The notes below the pieces were generated by a model. It saw nothing but the letters and a program-made list of their open reading frames with translations. It was not told the origin of the DNA and ran no database searches. Position numbers and translations under genes: made by a program. A stretch of 64,000 bases of DNA from assembly GCF_009914755.1 (NCBI RefSeq), contig NC_060932.1, one strand, 5' to 3'. The DNA comes from the human T2T-CHM13v2.0 reference genome, Homo sapiens. Of the stretch, positions 1-13,457 are shown piece after piece; the first letter of the stretch is position 1, and every line of letters begins with the position of its first letter.

Positions 1-225
1 CACAGCACATAGCACAATGCCTCACATACCTAAGATGCTCAATAGGATTGTTAAGTTGAATATTGCATTGCTTCTTAATACTGAGGAGCAGATACTGAAA
101 GGGACCAGGAGTCTTTTGGAGGAGGTGGAAATGTTCTAAAATTGGAATGTGGTGATGCTTACACAACTGTAAATTTACTGCAAATCATTGAATTGTCATA
201 CTACATGAATTTAATGCTATGTAAT

Positions 226-660
226 TGTCTTAGTCCATTTTCTGTTGCTTACAACAGGATATCTGAAACTGGGTAATTTATAAAGAAAAGGAATTTATTT
301 CTTGCAGTTATGGAGGCTGAGAATTCCAAGGTTGAGGGGTTGCATCTGGTGAGGGCATTTTTGCTGGTAGGGACTCTCTGCAGAGTCTCAAGGTAGCACA
401 GGGCATCATATGGTGAGGGGGCTCAGTGTGCTAGCTCAGGCCTCACTTCCACTTCTTATAAAGCCACTAGTCCCAATCCCATGATAACCCATTAACTCAT
501 TAACCCATTAGCCTATGGATGAATTAATCCATCCATGAAGGTGGAGCCCTCATGACCCAATCACTTCTTAAAGGCCCACCTCTCAATTTTAATTTAATGC
601 CACAATGGGGATTAAATTTCAACATGAGCTTCAGAGGAGACAAACGTTCAAACCATAGCA
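226..660 (-). mobile_element. MaLR LTR (MLT1A/MST-like)
   Basis: tgtcttagtccattttctgttgct...ggaggctgagaattccaagg...ggagacaaacgttcaaaccatagca. Confidence 0.7.
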
Positions 661-1030
661 GTAATTATACCTTAACAAAGCTGTTTAAAAAACCAACAAC
701 TGTTGGCAAAGGTATGGGAAAACCATTGCTGACATTGAAAAGTTGAGCAAGGCCACAGATATTAGGTATATGTCTCCATATAGTTGGTCCAGAGCTGACC
801 ACTGTTACCTGCAAGAGGGTGTCTGATAAAAGGTATACTTGACTATTATCAGAAATAAAGCTCCCAGGATGGGGATATTTGTTCTGTTACTCAGGGCTGG
901 TAATTTTAACTGGCTTGCCACTTCAACTGGAATTCATCTGGGATTGGCAAGCCAGTTAAAATTACTTTCCAGACCTGAGTAATAGAACAAATGCATTCGT
1001 ACACATAAATACATTTGTTCTGTTACTCAG

Positions 1031-1414
1031 TGTATTTATTTACTGAGGCTGCTGTAACAGCAAACAGAGACTGGATGGCAACAATGGAAATGTTTTCTCT
1101 CACAGCTCTGGAGGCTGGAAGTCCAAGATCAAGATGTCAGCAGGGTTGGTTCCTTCTGAGGCCTCTCTCCTTGGCTTGTTAACAGTGTTCTCCCTGTGTC
1201 CTCACATGGTTGACTCTCTGTGTGTGTCTGTGTCCTAATCGCCTTATAAGGGCACCAGTCCTATTGTTGGATTAGAGCCCACCTGTATGATCTTATTTAA
1301 CTCAATTACCTCTTAAAGACCCACTCTCCAAATACAGTCACATCCTGAGGTATTGGAAGTTAGAACTTCAATGTATGTATTTGGGATGGGGGTATACAAC
1401 CCAGCCTTAACACA
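1031..1414 (-). mobile_element. MaLR LTR (MLT1-like)
   Basis: ctcacagctctggaggctggaagtccaagatcaag...caaatacagtcacatcctgagg. Confidence 0.7.
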
Positions 1415-1415
1415 G

Positions 1416-1802
1416 TGATATGGTTTGAATTTGTGTCCCCACCCAAATCTCCTGTCCAGTTGTAATCCCTAATGTTGGAGGAGGGGGTTGGTGGGAGGTG
1501 ATTGGATCATGGGGGTGGATTTCCTCCTTGCTGTTCTCGTGATGTTGAGTGAGTTCTCATGAGATCTAGTTGTTTATAAAAGTGTGTAGCACTTACCTCT
1601 TCTCTCTCTTCCTCCTGCTCCAACCATGTAACACGTGCCTTGCTTCCCCTTCACCCTCCGCCATGATTGTGAGTTCCCTGAGGCCTCCCCAGCTATGCTT
1701 CCTCTACAGCCTGCAGAACCATGAGCCAATTAAATCTCTTTTCTTTATAAATTACCCGATCTGAGGTACGTCTTTATAGCAGTGTGAGAACAGACTAATA
1801 CA
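1416..1802 (+). mobile_element. MaLR LTR (MSTA/B-like)
   Basis: tgatatggtttgaatttgtgtccccacccaaatctc...gtgtgagaacagactaataca. Confidence 0.75.
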
Positions 1803-2272
1803 GGAAACTTTTTAAAGGTTAGAAGATGACATTAAGATAAAATAGAAACTAGAGAGGCAGAATCGAAACCACAAAAAACATATTCCATTCTTTTTGAAGA
1901 AGGTGAACTCATGAAAAAGTTCTTTGAGACCATGCCTGGTGCACACGAGGACAGTAATGGCCGCGTGCCCACTCTCGGTTCTGACCGTTATATAGTAAAG
2001 TAGGAAGCGCCTCTGGGTGAAGCTGCTATTAGGTGGTTTCCCATGGGCAGCTTCTCTGTGGAACATACTGTGATTTACTGTATGGTCTCATGTCCTCAGC
2101 TGGATGGCTCCTTGCGCGCAAAGATCCCAATTTGAACTGCGTTTGCATTTTCCAGTTCCTGGCAGTATCCCTTTCTAGTGGCTGCTTCTCAATGAATATG
2201 AACAGTGTCTGTTTCCATGTGCTGCCATGACAAAATCCACAGAATGTTCCTGATGTTCTTTGTGTTTTCCAG

Positions 2273-2357
2273 AGGACTTCTGAATGATGCTTTCCAGAAA
2301 GGGGGACCAGAGGGTGCCACTACCCGGCTTATGAAAGGAGAGATCACACTTTCCCAG
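2273..2357 (+). CDS. EPHX2: EPHX2 exon 2 (85 nt), N-terminal HAD phosphatase domain
   Basis: ttttccag|AGGACTT...TCCCAG|gtgagg; encodes (R)GLLNDAFQKGGPEGATTRLMKGEITLSQ. Confidence 0.98.
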
Positions 2358-2517
2358 GTGAGGGGACATCACCACACAGAGCCCTTTGGATGAACGTTCT
2401 CTGCCTGTGTGCCCATCTCCCCGAACTTGGGGCCCACCATAATAGAAAACACCCACCTTTTCTGTGAAGACAAATGTTGTTTTAATGGTATTAATGGGAG
2501 TATTGCAGTCACCTTAA

Positions 2518-3081
<564 letters not shown>

Positions 3082-3770
3082 TGAATTTCTAGTAATTGCT
3101 ATGAAAATCCTGCGTTTCATTCAGACTCCTTTGGTGGCTTCTGATAGTCTGTGTGTAACTTCTAGGAAACTGGCATGGCTAGAGGGAAGAAGCCTGGAAA
3201 ACTAAATTATATCATGCTAAGGCTATTTACACTTGACTTGTCTTAAAAAAAAAAGTCTTATCTTGGGAGTGAATGTCATCTTTTAACTTTTCATGTGTAT
3301 ATACTATACAGACAGAAAAGTACACATAGCATACAGCTTGATGACTTTTCACACACTAAGTATACTGCTGTCACCAGCACCCAGATCAAGAAATAAAACA
3401 TTCTCAGCGCTGTAGGCAACACATAACCCCGCTCTGGATACCATCCCTCCAAGAGTATTACCATTCTAACTTCTATCCCAATAGATCACTTTTACCTGTT
3501 TTGGACTTTATGTAAATGGAATTGTGCACATCAGCTCTTTTGCGTCTGGCATCTTTTGCTCAACATTGTATGAGTGAGACTCATCGTTGTTGCATGCTGC
3601 CATAGATCATTTTATTCTCATTGCTGCATGACATTCCATCACATTCATATACCCCAATCTATCCATTCTTCTATTGATGGGGTTCTGGGTAGTTTTCAGT
3701 TTGGGACTATTACAAATAGTGCTGCTATGATGATGTGTATATATAACAATCCATTCTGCTATTAGTGAGT

Positions 3771-4254
3771 GTATTAGTTTGCTAGGGCTGTGTCTTACAT
3801 AGCACCTTCAGCTGCTACCTACAGCAAATATGCCATAGACTGTGTGACTGAAACAACAGACATTTATAGCTCACAGTTCTGGAGGCTGGGAAGTCCAAGA
3901 TGAAGGCACTGGCAGGTTCAGTGTCTGGTGAGGGCTCTCTTCTTGGTTTGCAGATGGCCACCTTCTTGCTGTATCCTCACATGGTAGAAAGCAGAGAGAC
4001 AGGGGAAAAAAAGCAAGTTCTTGGCTGTCTTCTCCCTGTGTCCTCACATGGTCATCCCTGTGTGTGTCTATGTCCTCATCTCCTCTTCTTATTTGGGCAC
4101 CAGTCATATTGGATTAAGATTCGTCATAATGACTTCATTTTACCTTAAGTACCTCTTTAAAGGCCTGATTTCCAAATATAGTCACATCATGAGACTCTGG
4201 GGGCTAGGACTTCAACACAGGAATTTTGGGGAGGACACAGTTTAGCCCATAACA
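3771..4254 (-). mobile_element. MaLR LTR (MLT1-like); source of the copy at 10313
   Basis: gtattagtttgctagggctg...ctcacagttctggaggctgggaagtccaagatg...tttagcccataaca. Confidence 0.72.
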
Positions 4255-4286
4255 GTGGACATTTGGGTAGTTCCAGTTTGGGGCTT

Positions 4287-4652
4287 GCTATGGTCCAAGT
4301 GTTTGTGCCCCCCGCCCAAAATCCCTATGTTGAAATCCTAACCCCCAAGGTGATGTTATTAAGAGGTGGGGCCTTCAGGAAGTAATTGGGTCATGAGGGT
4401 GGAACCCTCAGGAGTGAGATCAGTGCACTTATAAAAGAGATCCCAGAGAGCTATCGAGCCCCTTCTACCATGTGAAGACAGCAAGAAGGTGCCATCTGTG
4501 AAATAGAAGGCAAGCCCTAACCAGACACCAAATCTGCTGGAGCCTTGATCTTGGACTTCCCAGCCTTCAGCACTGTAAGAAATAAATTTCTGCTGTTTAT
4601 GAGCCACCCAGCCTCTGGTCTTTTGTTATAGCAGCTGAGATGGGCTAAGACA
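4287..4652 (+). mobile_element. MaLR LTR (MLT1A/B-like)
   Basis: gttgaaatcctaacccccaaggtg...cttggacttcccagccttcag...aataaatttctgctgtt...ctaagaca. Confidence 0.7.
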
Positions 4653-4941
4653 GGGCTCTTAGGAATAGCACTGCTATGACTGTGGGTGAATATAATACAA
4701 TCTATCCATTCTGCTGTTAGTGGGCATTTGGGTCGTTTCTGGTTTGGGACTCCTAGGAAGAGTATAGCTATGAACATTTTTGGCCATGTCTCTTGGAGAA
4801 CATATGTTGGCATTTCCAGTGGGTATGTGTCCAGGAGTGGAATTGCTTGGTCACAGGGAATGTATATGTTTAGATTTAGTAGACCCTGCCAGAGCTTTTC
4901 TGAGTGGCCATACAAATTGTCCCCTCACTTCACTTTGACAG

Positions 4942-5101
4942 TGGATACCACTCATGGAAGAAAACTGCAGGAAGTGCTCCGAGACCGCTAAAGTCTGCCT
5001 CCCCAAGAATTTCTCCATAAAAGAAATCTTTGACAAGGCGATTTCAGCCAGAAAGATCAACCGCCCCATGCTCCAGGCAGCTCTCATGCTCAGGAAGAAA
5101 G
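4942..5101 (+). CDS. EPHX2: EPHX2 exon 3 (160 nt)
   Basis: ttgacag|TGGATA...AAAG|gtaagg; WIPLMEENCRKCSETAKVCLPKNFSIKEIFDKAISARKINRPMLQAALMLRKK(G). Confidence 0.98.
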
Positions 5102-6293
5102 GTAAGGATCTGATACTGGCCAATCTCAGGCCGAACCACCCAGAACCCTCGGGAGCATTAGGTCAGAATCCATTGAAGTGAGCTTTGAGATCACAGATCT
5201 TCTGAGCCACGATGGAAAGCCTCTTTAAACATGGCCCCAAAGCAAGTTTTATCCAATGGCAAAAGCAGCACTATTAGAAAAGCTGGAAAAATGGCAGGAT
5301 TTTACTTAATAAAGCAATTGATGCCCATGACTGCCTTGTGAACATCATTCTCCCCTTCAATGGCACTTTAGTAATGACCCAAATGACATGATCTTTTGTC
5401 ACAGTGATTAAGAAACAAGGCCTTTTTAGCAACTGTGATTTTCTTAGCCTCTGGGTATCAGAGTGTCCAAGCTATGAGTTGGCTGACATGGGCTCAGATT
5501 ATGTCACATAGTCTAAGACATGAGGTCAAGTTCATCCATAGGCGTTGACTTGGTGTGAACACCTGACTCTTGTCATAGGCATATTGAAACTATTCCACCC
5601 TCTTATCAGTAGACTTACCTGGTTGTGGCTGAGCCATCCCATGTCTGCAACTCTTCCCTCCTATTGCGTGGGAAGAGTCTCACCATCAACTCTTCAGTGT
5701 CTTCTTTCCAGCATTGCCTAGTTCTCACCCTCGCTGGTTAGGCAGATAAAGCCAGGGGATAATCCTATTTCTATGTACACTTCTCTAGTTTTGAAATAGA
5801 AACCTAGTCCCTGATTGCCAAGGCAGGTATTCTGGAATTTAGTCAAGCAGTGTTTTCAGTAGCATGGACTAGAAAGAATGCTGGACCTTCACCATGTGGC
5901 TCTGGGCAGCTCGTAACTTGTCTGAGCTTGTTTGCTGATCTGTGAATCTGGGAGGGTAGGATTGGCCCTGTCCACCCCTGAGGTGGTAGAGATCAAAATG
6001 AGCTGATGAATGTATAAGTGCTGCTCCACTGTTGTCAAGGAGGAAGGAGGGTAGTTTCTCCATCTAGGCTTCTGAGGGCCTTGAATGAACCCAGCTCATG
6101 CTTGTGTCTGTGTCAGAGGTGTTCATGGGTCAAGATGATTCTTTTCCAATTTGTCAGTTGAAAGTTGGGCATAAGAGATTAATAAAAGTGAGCACAACCT
6201 GCTTGGCCCATCATTGGAGTCCCTTGGGGGTATCTGGAGCATTTCAGGGCAAAGGTCTGTAGCTGGTCTATCTACTGGTGGCTTTTTGCTCAG

Positions 6294-6484
6294 GATTCAC
6301 TACTGCCATCCTCACCAACACCTGGCTGGACGACCGTGCTGAGAGAGATGGCCTGGCCCAGCTGATGTGTGAGCTGAAGATGCACTTTGACTTCCTGATA
6401 GAGTCGTGTCAGGTGGGAATGGTCAAACCTGAACCTCAGATCTACAAGTTTCTGCTGGACACCCTGAAGGCCAGCCCCAGTGAG
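6294..6484 (+). CDS. EPHX2: EPHX2 exon 4 (191 nt), HAD motifs II (T123/N124) and III (K160)
   Basis: gctcag|GATTCA...TGAG|gtacgg; FTTAILTNTWLDD...VGMVKPEPQIYKFLLDTLKASPSE. Confidence 0.98.
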
Positions 6485-7314
6485 GTACGGAGACACTTCC
6501 TTATGGCAGAGAAGGATGTTCAGAGATATTGCAACCAGGGAAAAACTGAGGAGTGAGCAGGTGGGATGCATCTTGGGCCTGGCAGGACAGCTCTGAGTCC
6601 ACTTCTCCCAGACCACGTCTTCTCCTAGAAGACTGTTACCCATTCTTTGATCTAGAAAGTTCTCCCAGAGGTGGGCATTTGGCTCCATTGTATAGCTCTT
6701 ACAGAACTTTGGTCAAAACAGGCATCAGCAAAAGCTGTTTTAGCCCAGCTGCCTCAGTTTACTTACAAAGAAATGGAGATCCTGGGAGACTTGCAAGGCC
6801 ACAAGACTAGTAGTCAGGTTCATCCCCACAAAGGGTGAGTGAGGACAGGCTCCGGTATTGCCATGCTCTCCCACCAGACACCCTGTGCCCTGAGCCTGTC
6901 TCCAGAGATCACCTGTCCTAAAGCTCTTTTCTCTTTGTGTGTCTCTACTTTAATCTACAAAAGGTGATTGAATGGAGATTAAATTCCTTTCCCTCACATT
7001 TCCAACCCCCCACCTCCCCACAAGCTGACCAGAGCAAACCCTGAACTCTAGCCTTGGAGTCCTCACCATGCTGCATCCTGGGACCTCCCCTTTCACCTCC
7101 TGGACTTTGCTTCTTCTCTTCTCAGTGCCTGGAGTCAGCCTCAGAGCAGGGCTCCCAATCTAAGCCTGCACAGGAATATATCAGTCTTCCTATCGATGGC
7201 TTCCAGGTTGGATGAGCTGCTTAGAATTCTAGACTTCCCTTGTCCAAGATGGTAAATGCATGCACCCATGCTTTCTATGACTTCCAGGATTTTTCTTCTC
7301 TTTTTATTTATTTA

Positions 7315-7621
<307 letters not shown>

Positions 7622-8209
7622 CTTTCTTTATTACTACATATAAATTTTTGATTCATTAAGAATCTATTTGGGGGTAAGATATAAAGTAAGGATCCATTTT
7701 ATTCCCCCAAACAGTTAACCAGTCATACCAAGGCCATTAAACAATCTTCCTTACCAATTGGACATGACACTTTTCTTAGAAACTAAATTCTTATTTGTAT
7801 TTGGTTCTATTTCATAGACATGTCTGTTTCTTTTCTAGTGCCAAATTTCTACCTTTTGTAGCTTCATCAATTGTTTGACTCTCTGCCCTCACTACAGTTC
7901 TTTTCCAGATACATTTTTTGGTCTACTTATGCCTGTTGATTTTCCCAGAAGAATTTTAATGTCACCTTGATAAGTGTGTATCCTCTCCTAACCCTCTTGC
8001 AATTTCAGAAGTGGCTGAAGCCAGTAGGTCTGTGTGGGGTCATATGTGCCTTTGTTTTCATGCGTATGTTGTGTAATTAAATGCTTTCCATTTTAGCAGT
8101 AGATGGTTATAAAAGAAAAAGAGTTTTTAATCTCCTCATCATAAAATAGCCCCTGTTTGCATTCTGGTGAGTTTCTTTCTGAGATTCTCCCATGCTGTTT
8201 TGGGCTCAG

Positions 8210-8332
8210 GTCGTTTTTTTGGATGACATCGGGGCTAATCTGAAGCCAGCCCGTGACTTGGGAATGGTCACCATCCTGGTCCAGGACACTGACACGGCCC
8301 TGAAAGAACTGGAGAAAGTGACCGGAATCCAG
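8210..8332 (+). CDS. EPHX2: EPHX2 exon 5 (123 nt), HAD motif IV (D184/D185)
   Basis: ggctcag|GTCGTT...ATCCAG|gtaact; VVFLDDIGANLKPARDLGMVTILVQDTDTALKELEKVTGIQ. Confidence 0.98.
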
Positions 8333-9016
8333 GTAACTTGACTTCTGAGCGAGCCAAGCTTCCTGGACTCATCTGTGGTTTCTGGACTCAGGAGAAAACC
8401 ACGAGCAGAGAAGCTGCTGTCCGTGGAGTCCATGAATGACTCCTGGGCACCGCTGGTTGGGAGTCCATCACCCACTGTGCAGTCAGCACGATGTCCCTAA
8501 GGAGCATCTTGCCTCTTTCTCTGCAGTCAGTGAACAGGGAGACAAGAATTTATACTAGTGTTAGTGCCAGGGCCGGGGAACTGGCAGCAAGAGTGGGATG
8601 TTCAAGGCCATCCTGACCTCACTTTTGAGAGTAAGTATGGAGAACGTTTACCCTAAGGATCAGGGCCCCTACCTGGCATGTCGAGCATGCCGCTGGCACT
8701 CAGGTGCAGCCCTTTAGTTCCACCCAGCTCAGAGGGAAGCCTCTTAAGAAAAGCCTGTCCGTCCCTGAGGTGGTTGGGACAGCCATCATGATGTCCCTGG
8801 GGTTGCCTGGGGATTAGCCTGCTCCTCCAGTTCTGAGGCACCTTTCTTTTTTGGGGTTGACCTGAGATCGCTGATCTCACTGAGTCCACAGCCTTCTGCA
8901 GAAGTGCAGCACCCTCATCCTGTGAGCACAGGGGAGAAGAGGCAGGAGAAAGCTGGCACTCAGCTGAGGCTGCCACATGTCCAAGGATGCACAGCCATTG
9001 CCTCAAAGGGAAGTAG

Positions 9017-9720
9017 GTTAGTTTGCTCGGGCTGCCATAACAAAGTACTACAGGCTGTGTGGCTTCAACAACAGACATGTATTTTCTCACTGTTCTGGAG
9101 GCTGGAAGTCCAAGATCAAGGTGCCAGCAGGGTTGGTTTCTCCAGAAGCCTCTCTCCTTGGCTTGAAGACAGCCACTTTCTCCCTATTTCCTCACTTGGT
9201 TTTTCCCTGTGTCTTTCTGCTTCCTAACTTCCTCCTTTTATGAGGATACCCGTCAGATTGCACTAGGTCCCACCCTAATGACGTCCTTTAACCTTAGTTA
9301 CCTCTGTAAAGGCCTAATCTCCGAATACAGTCACATTCTAAAGTATTGGGGGCTAAGGCTGGGTGCAGTGGCTCACTCCTGTAATCACAGCCCTTTGGGA
9401 GGCCAAGGTGGGCGGATCGGTTGATGTCAGGAGTTCGAGACCAACCTGGCCAACATGGCTACAACCCCGTCTCTACTAAAAATATAAAAACTTAGCCAAG
9501 CATAGTGGTGGGCACCTGTAATCCCAGCTGCTCGGGAAGCTGAGGCACGAGAATAGCTTGAACCCAGGAGGTGGAGGTTGCAATGATTCAAGATCGTGCT
9601 ACTGCATTTCAACCTGGACAACAAGAGCGAGACTCTGTCTCCAAAAACAAACAAACAAAAAAGTATTGGCACTAAGACTTTAACGTGAATTTTGAGAGTG
9701 ATACAGTTTAGCCCATGACA
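9017..9720. mobile_element. MLT1 LTR (-) interrupted by an Alu (+, ~9357-9661)
   Basis: MLT motifs on both sides; Alu flanked by an aaagtattgg duplication. Confidence 0.8.
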
Positions 9721-10257
9721 AGACTGATTTTTTTGTCTTTAGTGAATAAATTAAAATGTATACCCAGTGACTCCATAACCTTAAAGCATCTTGCCCAAGC
9801 TTTGTTCATTTGTCCTTCTACAAACCTGCAAGTCCCAGGCAACAGAGAAGAAAGCACATCAGACTTGGGCTCAGGGAACCCATGTGCTTGTGCCCCTGGC
9901 TAGGTCTGTCCCCTCAGCATACCTGAGCCACAGATACCTGTCCTGTGAAACTGGGAAAGTAAAAACTATATCTCACTTCTCTTTGTCTCAGGGGTAGGAG
10001 GAAGAGGAAGATAGAAGGAAAAATGAACATCATCCCCCTTGTATTTTTTTCATTGTGGAAAAATGCATGTAACGTAAAATTTGCCATCTTTGTGTGTGTG
10101 TGTGCGCGCACGCACGTGTGTGTGTGGACAGTTCAGTGATGTTAAGAAAATGTACACTGTCGTGCAGTCATCACCACCACTCACCTCCAGAACTTTTTCA
10201 TCTCCCTCACATGAAACTCTGGACCATCAAACACCAACTTTCCATTCAATGGCATGC

Positions 10258-10284
10258 CCTGGCCCCTGGCAACCCCCATCCTGC

Positions 10285-10315
<31 letters not shown>

Positions 10316-10412
10316 AGGGCTGTGTCTTATATAGCACCTTCAGCTGCTACCTACAGCAGACGTGCTGTAGACTGTGTGTCCTGGCCCCTGGCAACCCCCA
10401 TCCTGCTTTTTT
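10258..10412 (-). repeat. Templated insertion: T28 plus 66-bp copy of 3781-3846, flanked by a 33-bp direct duplication
   Basis: cctggcccctggcaacccccatcctgctttttt at 10258 and 10380; insert gctagggctgtgtctta...gactgtgtg matches 3781-3846 at 60/66. Confidence 0.9.
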
Positions 10413-10774
10413 CTCTATGAATTGGACTCCTCTAGGGACCTAATGTAAGTGGAATCACAATATTTGTCTTTTTGTAACTGGCTTATTTCACTTAGCATAA
10501 TGTCTCCAAGGTTCACCCATGTTGCAGCGTGGGTCTGAGTTTCCTTCCTTTTTGGGATAGAATACTAACTATTCCACTGTATGGATAGATCACATTGGGT
10601 TTATCCACTGAGCTATCCAAGGACGCCTGAGTTGCTTTTGCCTTTTGGCTATTGGGAATAGTGCTGCTATGAATGTGAGTGTGCATGTATCTCTTTGAGA
10701 CCCTGTTTTCAATGCTTCTGTGTGTATACCTACGAGTGGAATTACTGGATCATATGGAAATTCTGTTTTTCTTT

Positions 10775-11015
10775 TCTTTTATTTATTATTATTTCTTTTT
10801 TCAGACAGAGTCTCACTCTGTTGGCCAGGCTGGAGTGCAGTGGCACAATATTGGCTCACTGCAACCTCTGCCTCCCAGGATCAAGCGATTTCTGGCTAAT
10901 TTTTGTATTTTTAGTAGAGACAGGATTCCCCCATGTTGATCAGGCTGGTCTAAGTGATCCACCTGCCTCGGCCTCCCAAAGTGCGAGGTTTACAGGCGTG
11001 AGCCACCGTGCCTGG
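10775..11015 (-). mobile_element. Internally deleted Alu within an old L1M 3' fragment (~10040-11090)
   Basis: Alu motifs with missing segments, flanked by L1 3'UTR-like sequence. Confidence 0.75.
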
Positions 11016-11834
11016 CCAAAATTCTATTTTTAAATGTTTGAGGAAATGCTGTGCTGTTTTTCACAGCAGTTATACCCTTTTATATCCCCACAGAAAAATC
11101 ACCCCTTCTTAAACAGGGGAGCCTGCGTCTGTTTCTCAGAGGAAGGCAGTGGGCGTCAGTCATGAACAGCCTTTGTAAATTGCACAAACATATAAGATGA
11201 TTATTAAAGTAGGAACCCCCCACTTTTCCCACCCCCAAAAGCAAGGGCATCCCCTGGTGTATGACCTAGGAAACTGAGGACACATGGCAGGAGGGACCCT
11301 AAGGGGCACCGGCCCTGCTCACAGGCCTTGGCTCCCGCCCGACCATGGGCTCATGGCCATCAGGAGACAGCAGCCTGCCCTCCCCCATCACACTGAGTCC
11401 CTCCCTGCCCCTGTCTTCTCCAGATGCCATGGAGATGGGAGGACTCACCTCCTGTGTCCCCCTCTGCAGAGTCTTCCATAGTTATAAAGGAGGTAGATTT
11501 CTTAGCTTACGTCCCCATTTTAGAGGTCACAAAACTGAGTCACTGAGGAGAATGAATTTTTCGTTGGGTTACGCCTTTAGGACTAAAAGTGACCAATCCA
11601 GCAGTAGGATTCACAGCGTGTCCAGCAGCAGAGTTCAGGCATAAGGCTATATTCACATACGTGTCCTCAGTAGTGGGCTCCTTGTCATTTCTGCCTCAGG
11701 GAAACTGATTCCAGTAAGGTACAAAAGCCACCATAAGGACTCCTTGTTCAGGAATTTCCTATTTACTGAGATGGGTTAGTCTAAGCCCTCACGGACTCCT
11801 GAGAACAGGCCTGGCACCTGCCGGTGGAAGGCTA

Positions 11835-12541
<707 letters not shown>

Positions 12542-13174
12542 AAGGCCCAGAGAGTTTGATTTTGGCCGACTTGAAGGAGAGACCTTTCAGCAGAGCTGTG
12601 CTGGAGTGACTGCTGTGTGAGCTTCGCATGGTGTCCCACATGAGCCTGGGCGACCATCGGAGGAGCTGCCACAGAAGCAAATAATATTAATTAAAGTCCA
12701 AATTCTCTCGCTTAGAGCAAGTGATTTTTGCTTCTTGCTTATATGGAGTTCAGTGGCCAGTGGCCAGGGGCTTCGCCTCATGCAGTCATTCAGGGACTCA
12801 GGATGATGGAGGATGCACTGTCTTCTACCTGTGGTTTTTGAGGTCACACTGGACACCCAGCTGGAAGATGGGGAGTTGAGGAATGTAGAGAATCATTTGG
12901 GGGTTTTAATGTGCCAGGTAGGAGGCTGCACTCTTCCATCTGCATCCATTGGCCAGAACTCAGTCTTGGGGCTCCACTCAACTGGAAGGCAGGAGGGAGA
13001 ATGGAGTCTGGCTGTGCTGGCAGGAGAGGGAGATGGGCTGGTCAGCCACCAGGAGGGCTCAGGATGGAGTGGAAAAGGTGATTTCCAAGGCCTCCCCTGG
13101 CACCAGTATTCAGGAGAGCCTCTCACGGAAGGAGGCTGCTGCTGTCTCTCTCACTGTACCTTTCCTGCTTACAG

Positions 13175-13249
13175 CTTCTCAATACCCCGGCCCCTCTGCC
13201 GACCTCTTGCAATCCAAGTGACATGAGCCATGGGTACGTGACAGTAAAG
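13175..13249 (+). CDS. EPHX2: EPHX2 exon 6 (75 nt), Pro-rich interdomain linker
   Basis: cttacag|CTTCTC...GTAAAG|gtgagt; LLNTPAPLPTSCNPSDMSHGYVTVK. Confidence 0.98.
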
Positions 13250-13324
13250 GTGAGTCAGTTTTGTCTCTCAGTCGGCTAAGTGCTCTCCCACCAGGTCACC
13301 TAAAACGACCAGCAGAGACACCCA

Positions 13325-13457
13325 AGAGGCTGAGCTGTGAGGATCACCTGAACCTGAGCCTGGGAAGTGGAGGTTGCAGTGAGCTGTGATCACACCACTG
13401 TGCTCCAGCCTGGGCAACGGAGTGAAACCCTGTCTCAAGAAAAAAAAAAAAAAAAAA
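13325..13457 (+). mobile_element. Alu right-arm fragment with A tail
   Basis: gaggttgcagtgagctgtgatcacaccactgtgctccagcctgggcaac followed by an A-run. Confidence 0.8.
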
